A model generated the notes under the pieces. The model made no database searches. It was not told the origin of the DNA and saw only the letters and a list, made by a program, of their open reading frames with translations. 64,000 nt of DNA from Neodothiora populina (taxonomy: Eukaryota): the NCBI RefSeq assembly GCF_041146345.1, contig NW_027191402.1, positions 372,001-436,000 of the forward strand. Reading direction: 5' to 3'. The number at the start of each line of letters is the position of its first letter. Positions within the stretch are counted from its first letter, which is position 1. The position numbers and the translations under genes are program-made. Shown here piece by piece: positions 1-12,891 of this stretch.

Positions 1-318
1 GGACGCTTTTTGGTAGTGTACAGGAAAAAAGAAGAGAGCAGTACAATAATACTTTACTACAACCACTCTAGAAGTGTACAACTTGGAACTCCAAACCCTT
101 TGCACTATACACGCGAATCTCCAAAAAAAGAAACAGTACATCTGTCCACATCAAACGCCAACATCCCATCCCACATCTGGCTTGGATAACAAAACACTCC
201 TTTTGCGCCCACAAGTCATGCTACGGTAGATCGACAACCCTTGCGACAAAAAGACAGACCAGATACTGCCCAGAATAAAACACACAAGTGCTCCTGACCA
301 AAAGACAAGTCCGCAACA

Positions 319-1195
319 ATGACCATGGACTGGGTGGGCCTCCTGATCCCCCTGGCCTACCTCTCCATCCTGATCGGCTCGCTCGCAACCTTCAGCTCTC
401 TATACCGCAAGCGCAAGGCCGCCAACTCGGCCTCCCTAGAGCCCTGGTTCCCCCCTCACCTGCAACGCAACGTCTACCTCTCCCTGCTGCACCTCGACCC
501 CTCGGACCCATCCTCGACGCCCGACGACGCAGACAAGTCACTCAGCAAGATCCCGGACTCGATCATCAAGGCGGCGCTGCTGCGCCGCGCAGTCGAGGAC
601 ATCCACCGCATCATCCAGGTGCGCAACGCCAAGCCTGCTCTCCAGACGCTGTTGCAGCGGGGCAGTGTCGGCGACGAGCTGTGGCAGCGCTTCCAGCGTG
701 CGGAAAAGGAGATCGAGGACGAGGTCAAGGATGTCGTCGAAGAGGTATGCTTTTCTCCTTTTCTTTCTGCTCCGTTTTCCCTTCTCTGTTCTCATATGAC
801 TGACATTCGAGTGCAAAAAGGCAAACGCGCTCGCCCCGGGCTGGGGCCAAATCATCTTCCAGTCCGCCAACGAAATCGCCAACAACCAGCTGGCCAAACA
901 GCGCATGTCCGAGATCGCATCCCAGCTGCCCGCGGAGAAGACCTGGTGGGACGCCCGCAAGGAGAACATTTCTTCCGGCTTCATGAAAGAGCTCGAAGAC
1001 GAGGAACAGCAACAGCAGCAACATGGCAGGAACGGATCCGTCGTCTCGACCGCTTCTGTCGCTGCGTCTTCTGCGATGCCGGCTACGCCTACGAAGGGAG
1101 GTAGTGATGATGACGCTGTGCTTGTCGAGGCTGCACCGCAGCCGCCGGGGAGTGCGTCGAAGAAGAGGAACAAGAAGAACAAGGCGTCGTCGTAG
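319..1195 (+). CDS. SEC66: Sec62/63 translocon subunit Sec66 (Sec71)
   Basis: Exons 319-744 and 821-1195; intron 745-820 GTATGC...GACTGAC...AAAAG. N-terminal TM helix (LLIPLAYLSILIGSLATF), then KAALLRRAVEDIHRI, LLQRGSVGDELWQRF and spliced VVEEANALAPGWGQIIFQSANEI, typical of fungal Sec66. Start may be ATG 325. Confidence 0.85.
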
Positions 1196-1790
1196 TAGCA
1201 GCATGATCGATTCTTCTCCAAGGAGTTTTCGTCAAAGGAATCGCATGATTTCTTCCTCTTGTTTCTCCTCTTTCTTGTTCGTCACGGCTTACCTGGCTCT
1301 CTCTTTGAACAAGGGTTCCTGGCTACGGAGGTCACGCATGGCATTTTACACGGCCTGTCTGCCTACCTAGAAATGCAAAACAATTCATTGACATATTTAC
1401 CGTTCATAGTCTTCTGATACCGGAGAGTTTTGAACAAAACGGAAGACATCTGGTTTTTTTCTGGTATCTAGACGAAACGCAACACCTACAGAAAACAAAA
1501 GATTGGTTGGGACGAAGGCGAACCACGCTGCTGCTGTTGCTGCTGTCACTACTGCTGCGCACCGCGCACTGTCCGTTTGTGATATCTCGGCATATCTGCT
1601 TGTTACCCGCTTCATTGAGACAAGAAACAAGGACCGAGAGGGAAGATAAATGCGAGAAGGGAAGAAATGTTGTCAATTCGCCTGGTGCCCCTATGTGGCT
1701 TCTTTCGTCAAGCCATCTGACCGAAAGAAAGACAAAGAAAAAGAAGAAGAAACGCTTCGTTAATTAGACCCCTGAAATAAAAGACTCCCT

Positions 1791-3071
1791 TCACACCCCT
1801 CCCCTCGGCGCCTGATTCCACCTCTTCAGCATCCTCGGCGTGGCATTCACAGTGACGAATTTACTGCTCTTGGGCTCGTAGAAGCCCTGCACGTCGAACG
1901 TCATGACCGCCCTGCTGCCCTTGACCTGGATCAGGCCTTGCACGATGAAAGTGCCGCGCGGAGGCTCCATCTTCTTCGGCATCCAGTCTTTGGCCAGCGT
2001 GCTGTTGAAAATGTGCATTGCCAGGGGCATCTCTGTTGATGTGGCCGGGGTCGGCGCTCGGGCTAACCATGGGAAAACGGACTTGCCTGCTGCGCTTTCT
2101 GGCGTTGTGCTTGCTGAAGATGACGAGGACGACGGTGATGTTGCCGCCGATGCTGATGCGCCGGAGCCTGTGTCTGCTTTTGCTTTGCCCGGTACTAGTT
2201 TGCCTTGTTCCTGCTGCGCTTGCATCATCTGGAGCATGTGTTGCATCCTCGCCTCGGGACTGCCTGGCTCGGGGGTGCTCTCGATGCCCAGAGCCTGTTT
2301 TAGACGTCTGTACTGGAAGGCGAAAAGAACTTTGGAGGAGGCATAGAGACCGTTGAATGTGGCGGATGGCCACAGTGCGCGCGTGACTCGGTGTTGCTGC
2401 TCAGGCGACAGTTTTTGAGTGGACAAAGCAATAAAGTCTTGGCCGACCTCTATTCCGCGCCGTGCGTATTCTTGCGGTGGACCGTCGGGAAATGACATGT
2501 CCAGCCAGTATTTGCCGACTTTGGGGTCGCGGCCGAGTTGTTTGGCTATGATCGGGTGGCTTATCGAGCCCTGGCAGACGATGTCGGCCAACTCGTTGCT
2601 TATGCGACCATGTCTCGGCTTGTCCTTTGCGACTTTGACAAACTCTTGCCACTCGGGGTCGGATCCCTTGTAGTAGGTGCGTGGTAGTTTCCGGGCCCAG
2701 GTCAGCGGAATGAAAAAGGAGTCTTCTTCTGAGAACTCCGAGTCCTCTAGGGCGCCGGCGGGCTGGAAGTCGGCATCATTGGACGCATGCGTCACACCAT
2801 CTTGTGATTGCTCTTCCACCTGGATCTCAACCTCGACTTCGGGGGCGAAATACCAGAGGTAGCCGGTGATGCAGGCGGAATAAAGACTGAAGGTGGCTAG
2901 TCGGCGGGGCGTCCAGCCTGGACTCTGGAAGCGGACCTTGTAGGGGTGTAATGCCTGATGCTCAGAGCGGGTGGCGGAGGATTTGGAGTAAGGCGCTCGC
3001 CTTGTGAGCTGGCTGCGCAGGACACGGGTATGTGATGGAAGAGAACGAAGACGTCCCGACGCGCGAAACAT
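1791..3071 (-). CDS. Uncharacterised protein with mitochondrial-type presequence and one predicted TM segment
   Basis: Single 426-aa ORF with coding-like codon use. The N-terminus is Arg/Ser-rich and acid-free (MFRASGRLRSLPSHTRVLRSQLTRR), followed by hydrophobic LATFSLYSACITGYLWYF and globular blocks (YYKGSDPEWQEF, PPRGTFIVQGLIQV). No family recognised. Confidence 0.75.
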   Translation of the reverse strand: MFRASGRLRSLPSHTRVLRSQLTRRAPYSKSSATRSEHQALHPYKVRFQSPGWTPRRLATFSLYSACITGYLWYFAPEVEVEIQVEEQSQDGVTHASNDADFQPAGALEDSEFSEEDSFFIPLTWARKLPRTYYKGSDPEWQEFVKVAKDKPRHGRISNELADIVCQGSISHPIIAKQLGRDPKVGKYWLDMSFPDGPPQEYARRGIEVGQDFIALSTQKLSPEQQHRVTRALWPSATFNGLYASSKVLFAFQYRRLKQALGIESTPEPGSPEARMQHMLQMMQAQQEQGKLVPGKAKADTGSGASASAATSPSSSSSSASTTPESAAGKSVFPWLARAPTPATSTEMPLAMHIFNSTLAKDWMPKKMEPPRGTFIVQGLIQVKGSRAVMTFDVQGFYEPKSSKFVTVNATPRMLKRWNQAPRGGV

Positions 3072-3337
3072 GAGGGTGTATGGTGGGATAGAGAAAGTCG
3101 ACAGAAGGGGTTATCGGAGATGGTTGGTGGGTAGAACGCTTGAAAGCATGCGGAGACGGGTTTTGATGTTGTCAGACTACTTGTGCGGTATGGCCGGATT
3201 ATTGAATACAAGGGGATCCAGATGCGGGATGGAAATGCATCAGTGGTGCAGTCGGCGGTAGATAGGGTTGATGGACAATAGAAAGCAGGATGATATGCAA
3301 GCAATGGAAGTTATAGAATGACACAATGATAGAGAGT

Positions 3338-3392
3338 GACAGATTGATAGACAGATTGATAGACAGATTGATAGACAGATTGATAGACAGAT
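3338..3392. repeat. 12-bp minisatellite (GACAGATTGATA) x ~4.6
   Basis: Perfect copies start at 3338, 3350, 3362 and 3374, with a partial copy at 3386. It lies in the divergent intergenic region. Confidence 0.95.
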
Positions 3393-3607
3393 CTTGGCGT
3401 CTTCCATCGGCATCTGTGGAGTTTGAGGTACAGTAGGTATCAGGCAGCCCCACGTAAGGCAGCCACAAGGCCAGCCAGACCAATCGGGAGCTTTGATCCT
3501 CCGTCATCGTCGCCTGCTGAATGCTGAATGCTGGTATATCGAACTACTGATACTGACAAGACAACCTGTACAACACACACAGTAGACGCAGCAACAGCAT
3601 CCACACA

Positions 3608-4846
3608 ATGAAGCTGTCTCCGTCTCTGTCTCTGTCTCTATTTGCCCCGGTCCTGGCGTGCCTTGCCCAGGCCGAGTCTGGCAAGCTCTACATATACGAC
3701 TCCAACCACGCTGAGGCGTCAGGTCTAACGTCAGGTCTAAATCACCACCAAGAGACCAGCGTGAGCCCGGAGACGGCGAGGTTGATCCTGGCCTCGCGTC
3801 TGTCGCTGGACCAGTACCACGACCTGGGCAGTCTCAGCGACGAGTCTATCGATGCCATCAACCGCTTCGCCGCCTCCAGCAACGGCGACATCTTTGCCCG
3901 GTCGTCTGACGCCTCGTCTGTTGCCCTTTTGTTGGGTCAAGATGTAGACACTGAGGGTATGCTGCACGCAAGACCAGATCTCGTCACTCGCTCTGACTGA
4001 CTCGTGCTCTGTAGATATCCTTGCCGACTCCCGATCCAGCAATGTCCAAGTGCTGAACATCAACGACGTTCCATCGTGGAAAGCGTCCTCGGACCTGCTC
4101 ACCCATCTTTCTCAACAGTCACGTCTGGGCGACGCATCTGCTGGCTCCACCTTCGAGATTGCCCAATCGCAGCGTGTCAGTCCCGTCCATTGATTACTTT
4201 GCATCACATACAATGTATCTAACCCCTCCCGCAGGAGTTCCTCGAGACGCTCGACACCCTCACCAGACAGGACTACACCGTCCTGGCCCTGTCCGTCCCC
4301 AAGGCCGCTTCATCCTCCAAGTCGACCTATGGCAAATACGACACCTCGCGCGCCGCCAGCAACCTCCGCAAACGCACGCAGTTCAAAGAAGCCCCTCTGA
4401 TCACCGAGTCGCCAGCGGAGAAGCCCTCGTCGAAACCCACCACGCCCTCCGCCGACACCTCCAAGTTCACTCCCCTCCAAGGCATCCTACCGCAGTGCTT
4501 CTCCTCCAAGTCGGCCTGCGAGAAGACGACGCGAAACTGCACCGGCCACGGCTCCTGCACCCTCAAATACACGGACAAGGACGCTCGCCCAGAAGCAGCA
4601 TGCTACTCGTGCTCGTGCTCCGCCACGGTCAGGACCAACAAGGACGGCTCCAAGAAGACGACCAACTGGGGCGGTCCCGCGTGCCAGAAGAAAGACATCG
4701 TCATGCCCTTTTGGCTGCTCGCTGGCTTCAGCGTCATCATGGTCTCGCTCATCAGCTGGGCCATCGGCTTGTTGATGACCATGGGCAACGAGGAGCTGCC
4801 TAGCGTCATCGGAGCTGGCGTCAGTGGTGTTCCGAGGTCCAAGTAA
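3608..4846 (+). CDS. DUF3844-type type-I membrane protein (signal peptide, Cys-rich luminal domain, C-terminal TM)
   Basis: Exons ~3608-3956, 4015-4175, 4235-4846. Signal peptide MKLSPSLSLSLFAPVLACLAQA. The last exon reads CFSSKSACEKTTRNCTGHGSC...CYSCSC...WGGPACQKKDIVMPFWLLAGF...EELPSVIGAGV, the fungal DUF3844 signature. Confidence 0.8.
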
Positions 4847-5530
4847 GGGATGGGTAAGAGCTGGGCATGGAAGAAGGTATATACTAGAAGTTCAGAAGAG
4901 AAGAAGAAGAAATTCACGAGCTGGTTTTTTAGGGGTTTTGTTTACCTTCCTTGCTTGTCTCTGTTCGACGAGTGTTATTGCTGTTGTTGTATCATCATGC
5001 CAGATGTCTATTGTACTTTCGTCCCCTTCGCCTTGTGAACCTATTATCAATGAAGTGGAGACTGACAAGACGGGAACATTGCAGAATGTAGAAATCGTGT
5101 ATTTGTTTCATGGCCATGTTACTTTTTGGTTCGAGAAATGTAAATATTCCAAACTGAGAAGATCTGTTCCCTTTTCCTTCTCTCCCACCTCTTCCTCTCC
5201 CCCTCCCTCTGTGTCTCTCTTCTCTCTGCATGTATATCATCCTCTGTGTCTCTCCTGACGATCGCTTCATGCGACACATACACACAGACGCATATGTCTA
5301 TTTTTCCCTGTCTCCTTCCGTCCATTTATGTACACGACAGGGCAAAACCTCGCTTCCCTTTTATTCGTCCGTGAGAAGAAGCCTTTTCTTCCCAGCTTCC
5401 CTCTCGACCAGCAATCAGTCTTCAAACACTCCAACCATCTCTTCCGTATCCAAACGACCTGACACGGGCGAGCGAAGCAGCAGAGAGCACCAAAAAAAAA
5501 AGGAGCGATCGAGGAGGGAAGAGGCCGACC

Positions 5531-8500
5531 TCACCCCAACCTGAACCCCAACTCGTCCCTCGAATCATCAGTCAAGCGTCCCCACTCGAGCAACAGCCTG
5601 AAGAAATATATCTCCATGTCCTCCTTGCGCAACACCTTGCCCGCCCACTCGCGGCCCTGCTCGGCGATCAATTCCGCCTCGTGGTCATGCGCAGACACAC
5701 TGACTCTCTTCCCTGCGACCTCGCCTTCGAGACCGGCGAAATACGCCAACGTGGCCCAGAAGCCGTGGCCTCGCAGGTCCAGCGGCACGAAGTGCGCCCA
5801 GGGCGTCAGTCGGCTGTCGTACCATTCTCTGAACAGCGCGGCTTTGAAAGGCAAAGACCTCGAAAACAGAAAGGGCAGGAAGCGGCCTGAGAAGCCGGCG
5901 CCGTCGAGGTCGAGCAGGTATTTATACGCCCAGTGCGCTTGGAAGTCGGTCGGTTGCGCCATGGGCGCGAACTCGCCGCTTTGCTCTGTGCAGTCTCGCC
6001 CTCCGCACCGCACGATTTCGTTGACGATGTGCACGTCCGTCGATAGCATCTTTGTGAGCTTTTCCGTCGGCACGAGTGTGTATTGGTATTTGTCTCGGCT
6101 GGGCGCGATGGGGTAGGGGAGGAGGATCGGCTGCGGCGGTGTGGTGTTGTTGATGTTGTTCGCGAGGTGGACGAATCGTTGGCGGCTCATTCCTTTCCAT
6201 GTGCCGGAGCCTGGTGATACGCCTTCTGACGTGGCGCCTCTCCAGAACAATGTCTTCTTTTTCTGGTCGAATGGCAGGTCGCCGTTTTCGTCGTTGGGGT
6301 CGTATTTGACCTTGTCCATGTAATTCCATGGCGAGGGATACAGGATATCGTGATATCCTGTTGCTTTGGATTGTGAAAAGATGGGATATAGCTCGTGCGT
6401 GGCTTTGAATGCTGCAGGCGAAAGATAGAACCCATGTAGGTCAGCCATGTCGGGCTGGTGGCAGATGTCTGCACTCTTAGGCCAGTCGTCGAGAAAAGCC
6501 CCCATGGAGTGAGGAGCAGTGCACGAAGTGCAAAGGTGGCCGGTGTCCCAGTTACGTCGACTACGTGCGGGCGATCCAGGCGGGCAAGAGACACTACCGA
6601 ATTCGGCAAATGTTCTTTGGAAAGACATTTCCTTGAAAGTTCGGTCTTGCAGGGGTTCTTCAGGAATAGGTCGCCAAGTGGCTGCACGCTCTTCGCTGAA
6701 GCTATTGCGCACCAGGTCAGTTGGGACAAGCTCGGTCTCGCCTCTCGCTCGCATGGCCTCCATCGTCTCGTACGGGACGGCGACGCGACATTCGTCATTC
6801 AAGTTGAAGCCCAAGTCCATGTCGGGAAGAAATTCGCCAAACTCGCTCATCATCGATATGATCCCATCCAACATCCACCTATGAGTTGGCATGACATTCG
6901 GACTGATGTCTACTTTGCCGTTGCGAACACTGATACCTGCGACATCGTTCCAAGGATTTGATATGGCCTTCCAAGTCCGCTCTCGGATCTCCGCAGGCGA
7001 CAGATCCCAGTATGGAAGCAAGTCCTCATGGACGCGATCAAAGTCATCTATGATCGCCGACTTCCTCGAAGTGGCATACTCATACCACTTGTCGAAATGT
7101 GGAGGGGGGTTACGGTTATGTCGCAGCTTGTACTCCTCAATAGTGGTGTTGAGATCCGTACTGGAAGCTGCGCGCGCAACATACTTGGCATGCTGTGTTT
7201 TGGCCTCGAACATCAACATATCGATAGGATGAAAGTTTGCATTGGTCTTGTGCGCGAGCCATCCTACACTTCGCAACAGTAGTACTATGACTAGAACGGC
7301 CCATGACCAGCCTGGCGTCTCAGCAAACAGAGGCCGACTGCGAGACCAACGAGGCGAACTCTTTGAGTGGGTGCTGATCAGTACCAAAAACCCGCAACTG
7401 ATCAAGGTAAAGGAAAGAAAAGAAGATCCCGCTGGTTGAGGTGGGAAAGGCTGGGTATGTGACCAGGAAGATGTCAACGACATCCAGAGTTGCAATGGCA
7501 CCAATGCGATGAGGGTTGTAATCATGGAGGCGTAAAGATGCATCTGTTACGTTAGTGGATTCATCAGTGAACGGAAATCATGACAAGCTTACAGATATAC
7601 AGGCAGAAATCGCAATTATACTGCAAAGTATGAACATCTTCACGATGCTAGAGTGGAACCCTACAGGCAAATGGAGAATCCAGTGACGATCATCAGGAGA
7701 GAAGAGGAAGAACAGGAAGCCAACTAGCAATGTGAAAAAAGCAGCAACCTTGAGCGGTAGGTTAGCTTGAATCAAGATCTTTGGACAAATTGGAGTTGTA
7801 GCTTACGATACTTGCAAACCCGACGCCTTTGAGTGGCCCAAGAGACGATGCATTGTGTTGGCTAGCCGCCGGTCTGCAGATATAATCCACAGAAGCCAAT
7901 ATCAAGAAGTCTATGGGAAGACTCAAAACACGAGCAAGACTGGCCGAAGTCCTGCCATAAGTGATGCCTGGACAGATATATGTTGATTGGAGCGCGGAAG
8001 GGAGGTTGCTCAGTAGAAAGTGTCCGCTGAACGACAAGAGAGCAGTCAAGACTAGGTAGCGAAATGGACTCGCTAGCCAGGACCTCACAGCCCAGCCGTA
8101 AGCACTCTCGTCGATCTCTAGGTCCTCGAGGGATGGCTTCTTGTGCCTCTGAACCGTGTAATAGTCGACTAGGGCGAAGATGAAAGGAAGCCAGCCAGTA
8201 AAGGAAGTGCCAGGGCACTCGATATTTCTAACAAGACGCCGAGTGACCTCAACGCGCAAGCATAAGCCTAGCACTAGAGTCACAAAAGCGATACTACGCT
8301 GGCTTATTGCAGGACGAGTAGGCAGGGGGAGGACTATCGCAGATGATCCTTCAGTACTGGGTCCGGAAAGGTCGTCAATAGCATCTGCGTCATGTGCATC
8401 GTCCAATGGTATAGAAGAATAGGTTCGTGAGCCAGAATTAGGGTCCAAGTAGCGAGACAATAAGCGCACAGAACAGACCAGGGAGACCCCAACAGCAGCG

Positions 8501-8687
8501 AGGAGGATGATGGCAGTCTGCGCAACACGTTCTGTACGTCGAAGGATTAGGAAAAGCAAGAGACGAATGCGGTAGTACGACGGGCAAAGGAGGACGAACC
8601 AGAAGCAGGAGATGACTTGACATGCGACACAAGCATCAGGGGGCCGAATATAAGCCCACATAAGGCCCAAGGCTTGAACGTGTCCAT
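5531..8687 (-). CDS. Glycosyltransferase family 90 (CAP10/Cxt1-like) with multi-TM N-terminal half
   Basis: Exons 8687-8600, 8531-7807, 7748-7593, 7543-5531, all joining in frame. GT90 motifs include RNPPPHFDKWY, LPDMDLGFNLNDECRV, LFWRGATSEG, YKYLLDLDGAGFSGRF and EDMEIYFFRLLLEWGR. Confidence 0.88.
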
Positions 8688-9211
8688 ATTCGTACGATTA
8701 TCGGAGTTTAAAGACGAATATTATATGAGAAGTGGGGCGAGAACAGTAAGATGCAAAGCACGCCTGCATAATGCTCCAAGTGAGACCCTATTATATTGTC
8801 GAAAATAATTCGGCGGATGTGAACTCTTTGCAGATATCATAAAGGATTCCGAAGAGGCACAGAAAGAGTGAGTATAATAATTTGGTTTACACTGTGCGAG
8901 GCACGACTACTCCTGCCATATGTTGTTGCGATTGGCAGGAGTTGGGGCAATGCAAGTGATGTAAGCTGGCAGACCAGAGAGTGGTGGTAACTCTTTGCTG
9001 ATCGAAGCTCGTGATAAGTCGATTTGAGAGACTACCTACATATACAGCACAGGTAGAGTCACAGTAGCTGTATACAACAAGATGCTTCACAACACAAAGT
9101 ATAGTACACCAAAAGCACCAGGGGGTCAAGAAGTCAAAGTGTTCTTCCATAAACCTCGGGAGGCGAGACTGACACGCGCACACGCGCATTCAACACATTA
9201 TACAGGCAAAA

Positions 9212-9277
9212 GCGATAAGAGATAAGCGATAAACGACTCAGGTTTCCTTTGTAGAACAAAAAAGTTGGTTCGATAAG
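9212..9277 (+). promoter_or_regulatory. Cluster of GATAA(G)/GCGATAAG sites upstream of KRE33
   Basis: GCGATAAG at 9212, GATAAG at 9221, GCGATAA at 9226 and CGATAAG at 9271, 335-400 bp upstream of the KRE33 ATG. Function is inferred only. Confidence 0.4.
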
Positions 9278-9611
9278 CTCAAGAATCCGGGGTCAGGCGT
9301 GTGCACCTTCCCTCTGAGTACTTTTTGTAATATACAAGAATCTCTGCTTTGCCGCAATAATTAATTCTTCCAGCCTCGATATTGTCCATTCATCGATTAG
9401 TGTACAATTATTACCGACTCTGCAATACTGCCGTATCATCAAGGCAGCCAGCCCGTATCTCACGTTCTCTGCGCTTCTGGCATAACGATACACCTCGCCG
9501 GAGAAAAGAAATTTGGAGAAATCAGCAGCGGCGCCATCGCCTCGAATCTGCTGCACTCGACCTCGGACCGGGCTAGAATAATACACGAGAACGAGAAGAA
9601 ACAGTAGCAGG

Positions 9612-12600
9612 ATGGTCAAGCGCGCCTTGGACGCGAGGATCCCCGCGCTGATGCGCAATGGGGCTCAAGAGAAGAAGCGCTCGTTCTTCGTCGTCGTCGG
9701 CGATCACCAGAAGGACGTCCTCGTCACCCTCTATCACATTCTCCTCAGCATAGACATCAAGCTGAACAAGACGGTACTATGGGCATACAAGTCCAAGCTG
9801 CTTGGCTTCAGCAGTCACAAGGCCAAGCGAGAAAAAAAGATCAAGGCAGAGATCAAGCGAGGCACCCGCGAAGTCAACACCGAGGATCCCTTTGAGCTAT
9901 GGCTCAGCACACAGAGCATCAGATACGCATACTATGCCGAGCTCGACAAGATCCTGGGAAACACTTACGGCACCCTGATCCTCCAGGACTTCGAGGCCAT
10001 CACCCCCAACAACCTGGCAAGAGCGGTGGAGACGGTGCAAGGTGGAGGTCTGGTCATTCTTCTGCTGAAGGGCATGACCAATCTCAAGCAGCTCTATACC
10101 ATGAACATGGACGTGCACGCAAGATACAGGACAGAAGCCCACAACGACGTCACCGCACGCTTCAACGAGCGCTTCCTCCTGTCCCTCGGAAGCTGCGATT
10201 CGTGTCTCGTCATTGACGACGAGATGAACGTCCTGCCCATCTCGGGTGGTAAGAATGTCAAGCAGCTGCCACCTCCTGACCCAGAGGCTCAAGGCAAGAC
10301 CCCGGCACAGCTCGAACTCGAGTCTATCAAGGAGAGTCTGGCAGACACTCAGCCTGTCGGCTCACTCGTCACCCTGGCCAAGACCGTGGACCAGGCCAAT
10401 GCCCTGCTCACTTTCGTTGATGCCATCGCCGAGAAGACTCTGCAGAGCACTGTTGCCTTGACAGCCGCTCGTGGACGCGGAAAGTCTGCTGCTCTCGGTC
10501 TGGCCATCGCCGCCGCCGTCGCACACGGCTACAGTAACATTTTCATCACCTCTCCGAGCCCCGAGAACCTCAAGACCTTGTTCGAGTTTGTCTTCAAGGG
10601 CTTCGACGCCCTCGGTTACCTCGACCATGTCGATTACTCGATCATCCAATCCACGAATCCTGACTTCAACAAGGCCATTGTTAGAGTCAACATCCATCGC
10701 CAGCATCGTCAGACAATCCAATACATCCAGCCCCAGGATGCCTACACACTCGGCCAAGCCGAACTGCTGGTCATCGATGAAGCCGCAGCAATTCCTTTGC
10801 CTCTGGTCAGGAAACTCATCGGCCCCTACCTCGTCTTCATGGCATCCACTATCAACGGATACGAGGGCACCGGTCGTTCCCTCTCCCTCAAGCTCATCCA
10901 GCAACTGCGAGAACAGTCGCGAAACGCTTCCAAGAACACTTCCGAAGAGGTAGCGGACAGGGCAACATCCAAGGCTAGCAAGGGCGCCTCGCAGCCATCC
11001 ATGGGCGCACGCTCGCTTCGTGAGATTACTCTCTCCGAGCCCATTCGTTATGCACAAGGTGACTCGGTCGAGAAGTGGCTGAACAAGTTACTCTGTCTCG
11101 ATGCCACTCTTCCTCGTGTCTCCAGCACCCGTGGCTGCCCCCACCCTTCGCAATGCCAGCTTCTCCATGTCAACAGAGATACTCTCTTCTCCTTCCACCC
11201 CGTGTCGGAAAAGTTCTTGCAGCAGATGATGGCTCTGTACGTCGCCTCGCATTACAAGAACACTCCCAACGATCTCCAGCTCATGTCAGATGCACCTGCG
11301 CATCAGCTTTTCGTTTTGGTCCCGCCAGTCGAGGAAGGTGCGAATCGTCTACCCGAGCCTCTCTGTGTGGTGCAGATCGCGCTCGAAGGTCAAATCAGCA
11401 GGGAGAGCGTGCTCAACAGTCTCAGTCGTGGCCAACGGGCAGGAGGTGACCTGATCCCGTGGCTTGTCAGTCAGCAATTCCAAGACGAGGAGTTTGCAGG
11501 TCTTTCCGGAGCGCGCATCGTCCGTATCGCTACTAACCCTGACTACATGAACATGGGTTACGGTAGCAGAGCTCTTCAACTCCTGACCGAGTTCTTCGAG
11601 GGCAAATTCACTTCGTTGTCTGAGAACGACTTGCAACCGGAGATTGGCAAGGAGGAGATGGTCCGCGTTACGGATGCTGAGCTCGAGGATTCAACATTGC
11701 TACAAGACAATGTCAAGGTCCGCGACATATCTGCCATGCCTCCTCTTTTCGCAAGACTTTCTGAGCGTAAACCAACACGTCTCGACTATCTTGGAGTCTC
11801 ATATGGCCTCACCTCACCACTACACAAGTTCTGGAAGCGAGCTGGATTCAGTCCGGTGTACTTGCGCCAAACCGCCAACGACCTGACAGGAGAGCATACC
11901 TGCGTCATGCTTCGCACGCTGGACAGCTCTGGCTCATCAGATCCAGCTTGGCTCGGTGCGTACGCCAGGGATTTCCACAGACGCTTCATCAGCTTGCTTT
12001 CATATCAGTTCTCCAAGTTCTCCAGCGTACAAGCCCTCAGCATCGATGAGTCCGCCAACAGTGGCATCAAGCTAGACTCGAGCACTTTCAACAAGCCTTT
12101 AACAAAGCAAGAGCTCGACGCAACGTTCAGTCCGTTTGACCTGAAACGCCTAGACAGCTACGCCAATAACATGCTCGACTACCACGTCATTCTGGACCTC
12201 TTGCCCAAGATCGCCGAGCTCTTCTTCACCAGCAGAATCAAGGGCGACGAAGCCGTGAAACTAAGCGGTGTCCAACAAGCCCTGCTATGCGCCATCGGTC
12301 TGCAACGAAAAACGCTCGAAGATGTCGAGAAGGAGCTGGGTCTAGGCAGCAGCCAATTGCTCGCCATGTTCGTCAAGGTCATGCGCAAGATCTCGACACA
12401 CTTCCGCGGTCTCGTAGAAGGCGCCGTGTCGGAAACGATGCCCAAGAGCATCGCAGATAGCAGCAACGATAACAGCGAAGAAGCAGAAACCTCCGAAAGC
12501 GTCGACAAGAGATTCGCGCCTCTGAAGCAAACGCTCGAAGACGATCTCGCAGAGGGTGGCAGACAAGTCGACAGTGCAGAAAAAGAACGCATGAGAGCCA

Positions 12601-12891
12601 TGATCGACGCGCTACCCCTCGACAAGTAAGTTCCCCTTCCTCTCCTCTCCTCTCCGATCATCCAGATACTGACAGCCCCGTCACAGATACGAGGTCGCGA
12701 ACGGCGACGCAGCATGGCAAGAGGCCGAGCGCCAGATCCAAAAAGGCAAGGGCACAACCGTCAGCGTAGCCTCGGCCTCCAAAGCACAACAGAGCAAGAG
12801 AAAAGCCGGCGAGGCGCTCGAGGAGGCCCAGAAAGAGGCCGCTGGTCTCGAGGGGAAGAGGAGCAGCAAGAAGGGCAAGAAGTCGCGATGA
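9612..12891 (+). CDS. KRE33: RNA cytidine acetyltransferase (18S rRNA/tRNA ac4C; Kre33/NAT10)
   Basis: Exons 9612-12625 and 12687-12891. Walker A TAARGRGKSAALG, LLVIDEAAAIPLP, STINGYEGTGRSLSLKL, SHYKNTPNDLQ, and GNAT RIVRIATNPDYMNMGYGSRAL. Lys-rich C-terminus. Confidence 0.97.
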
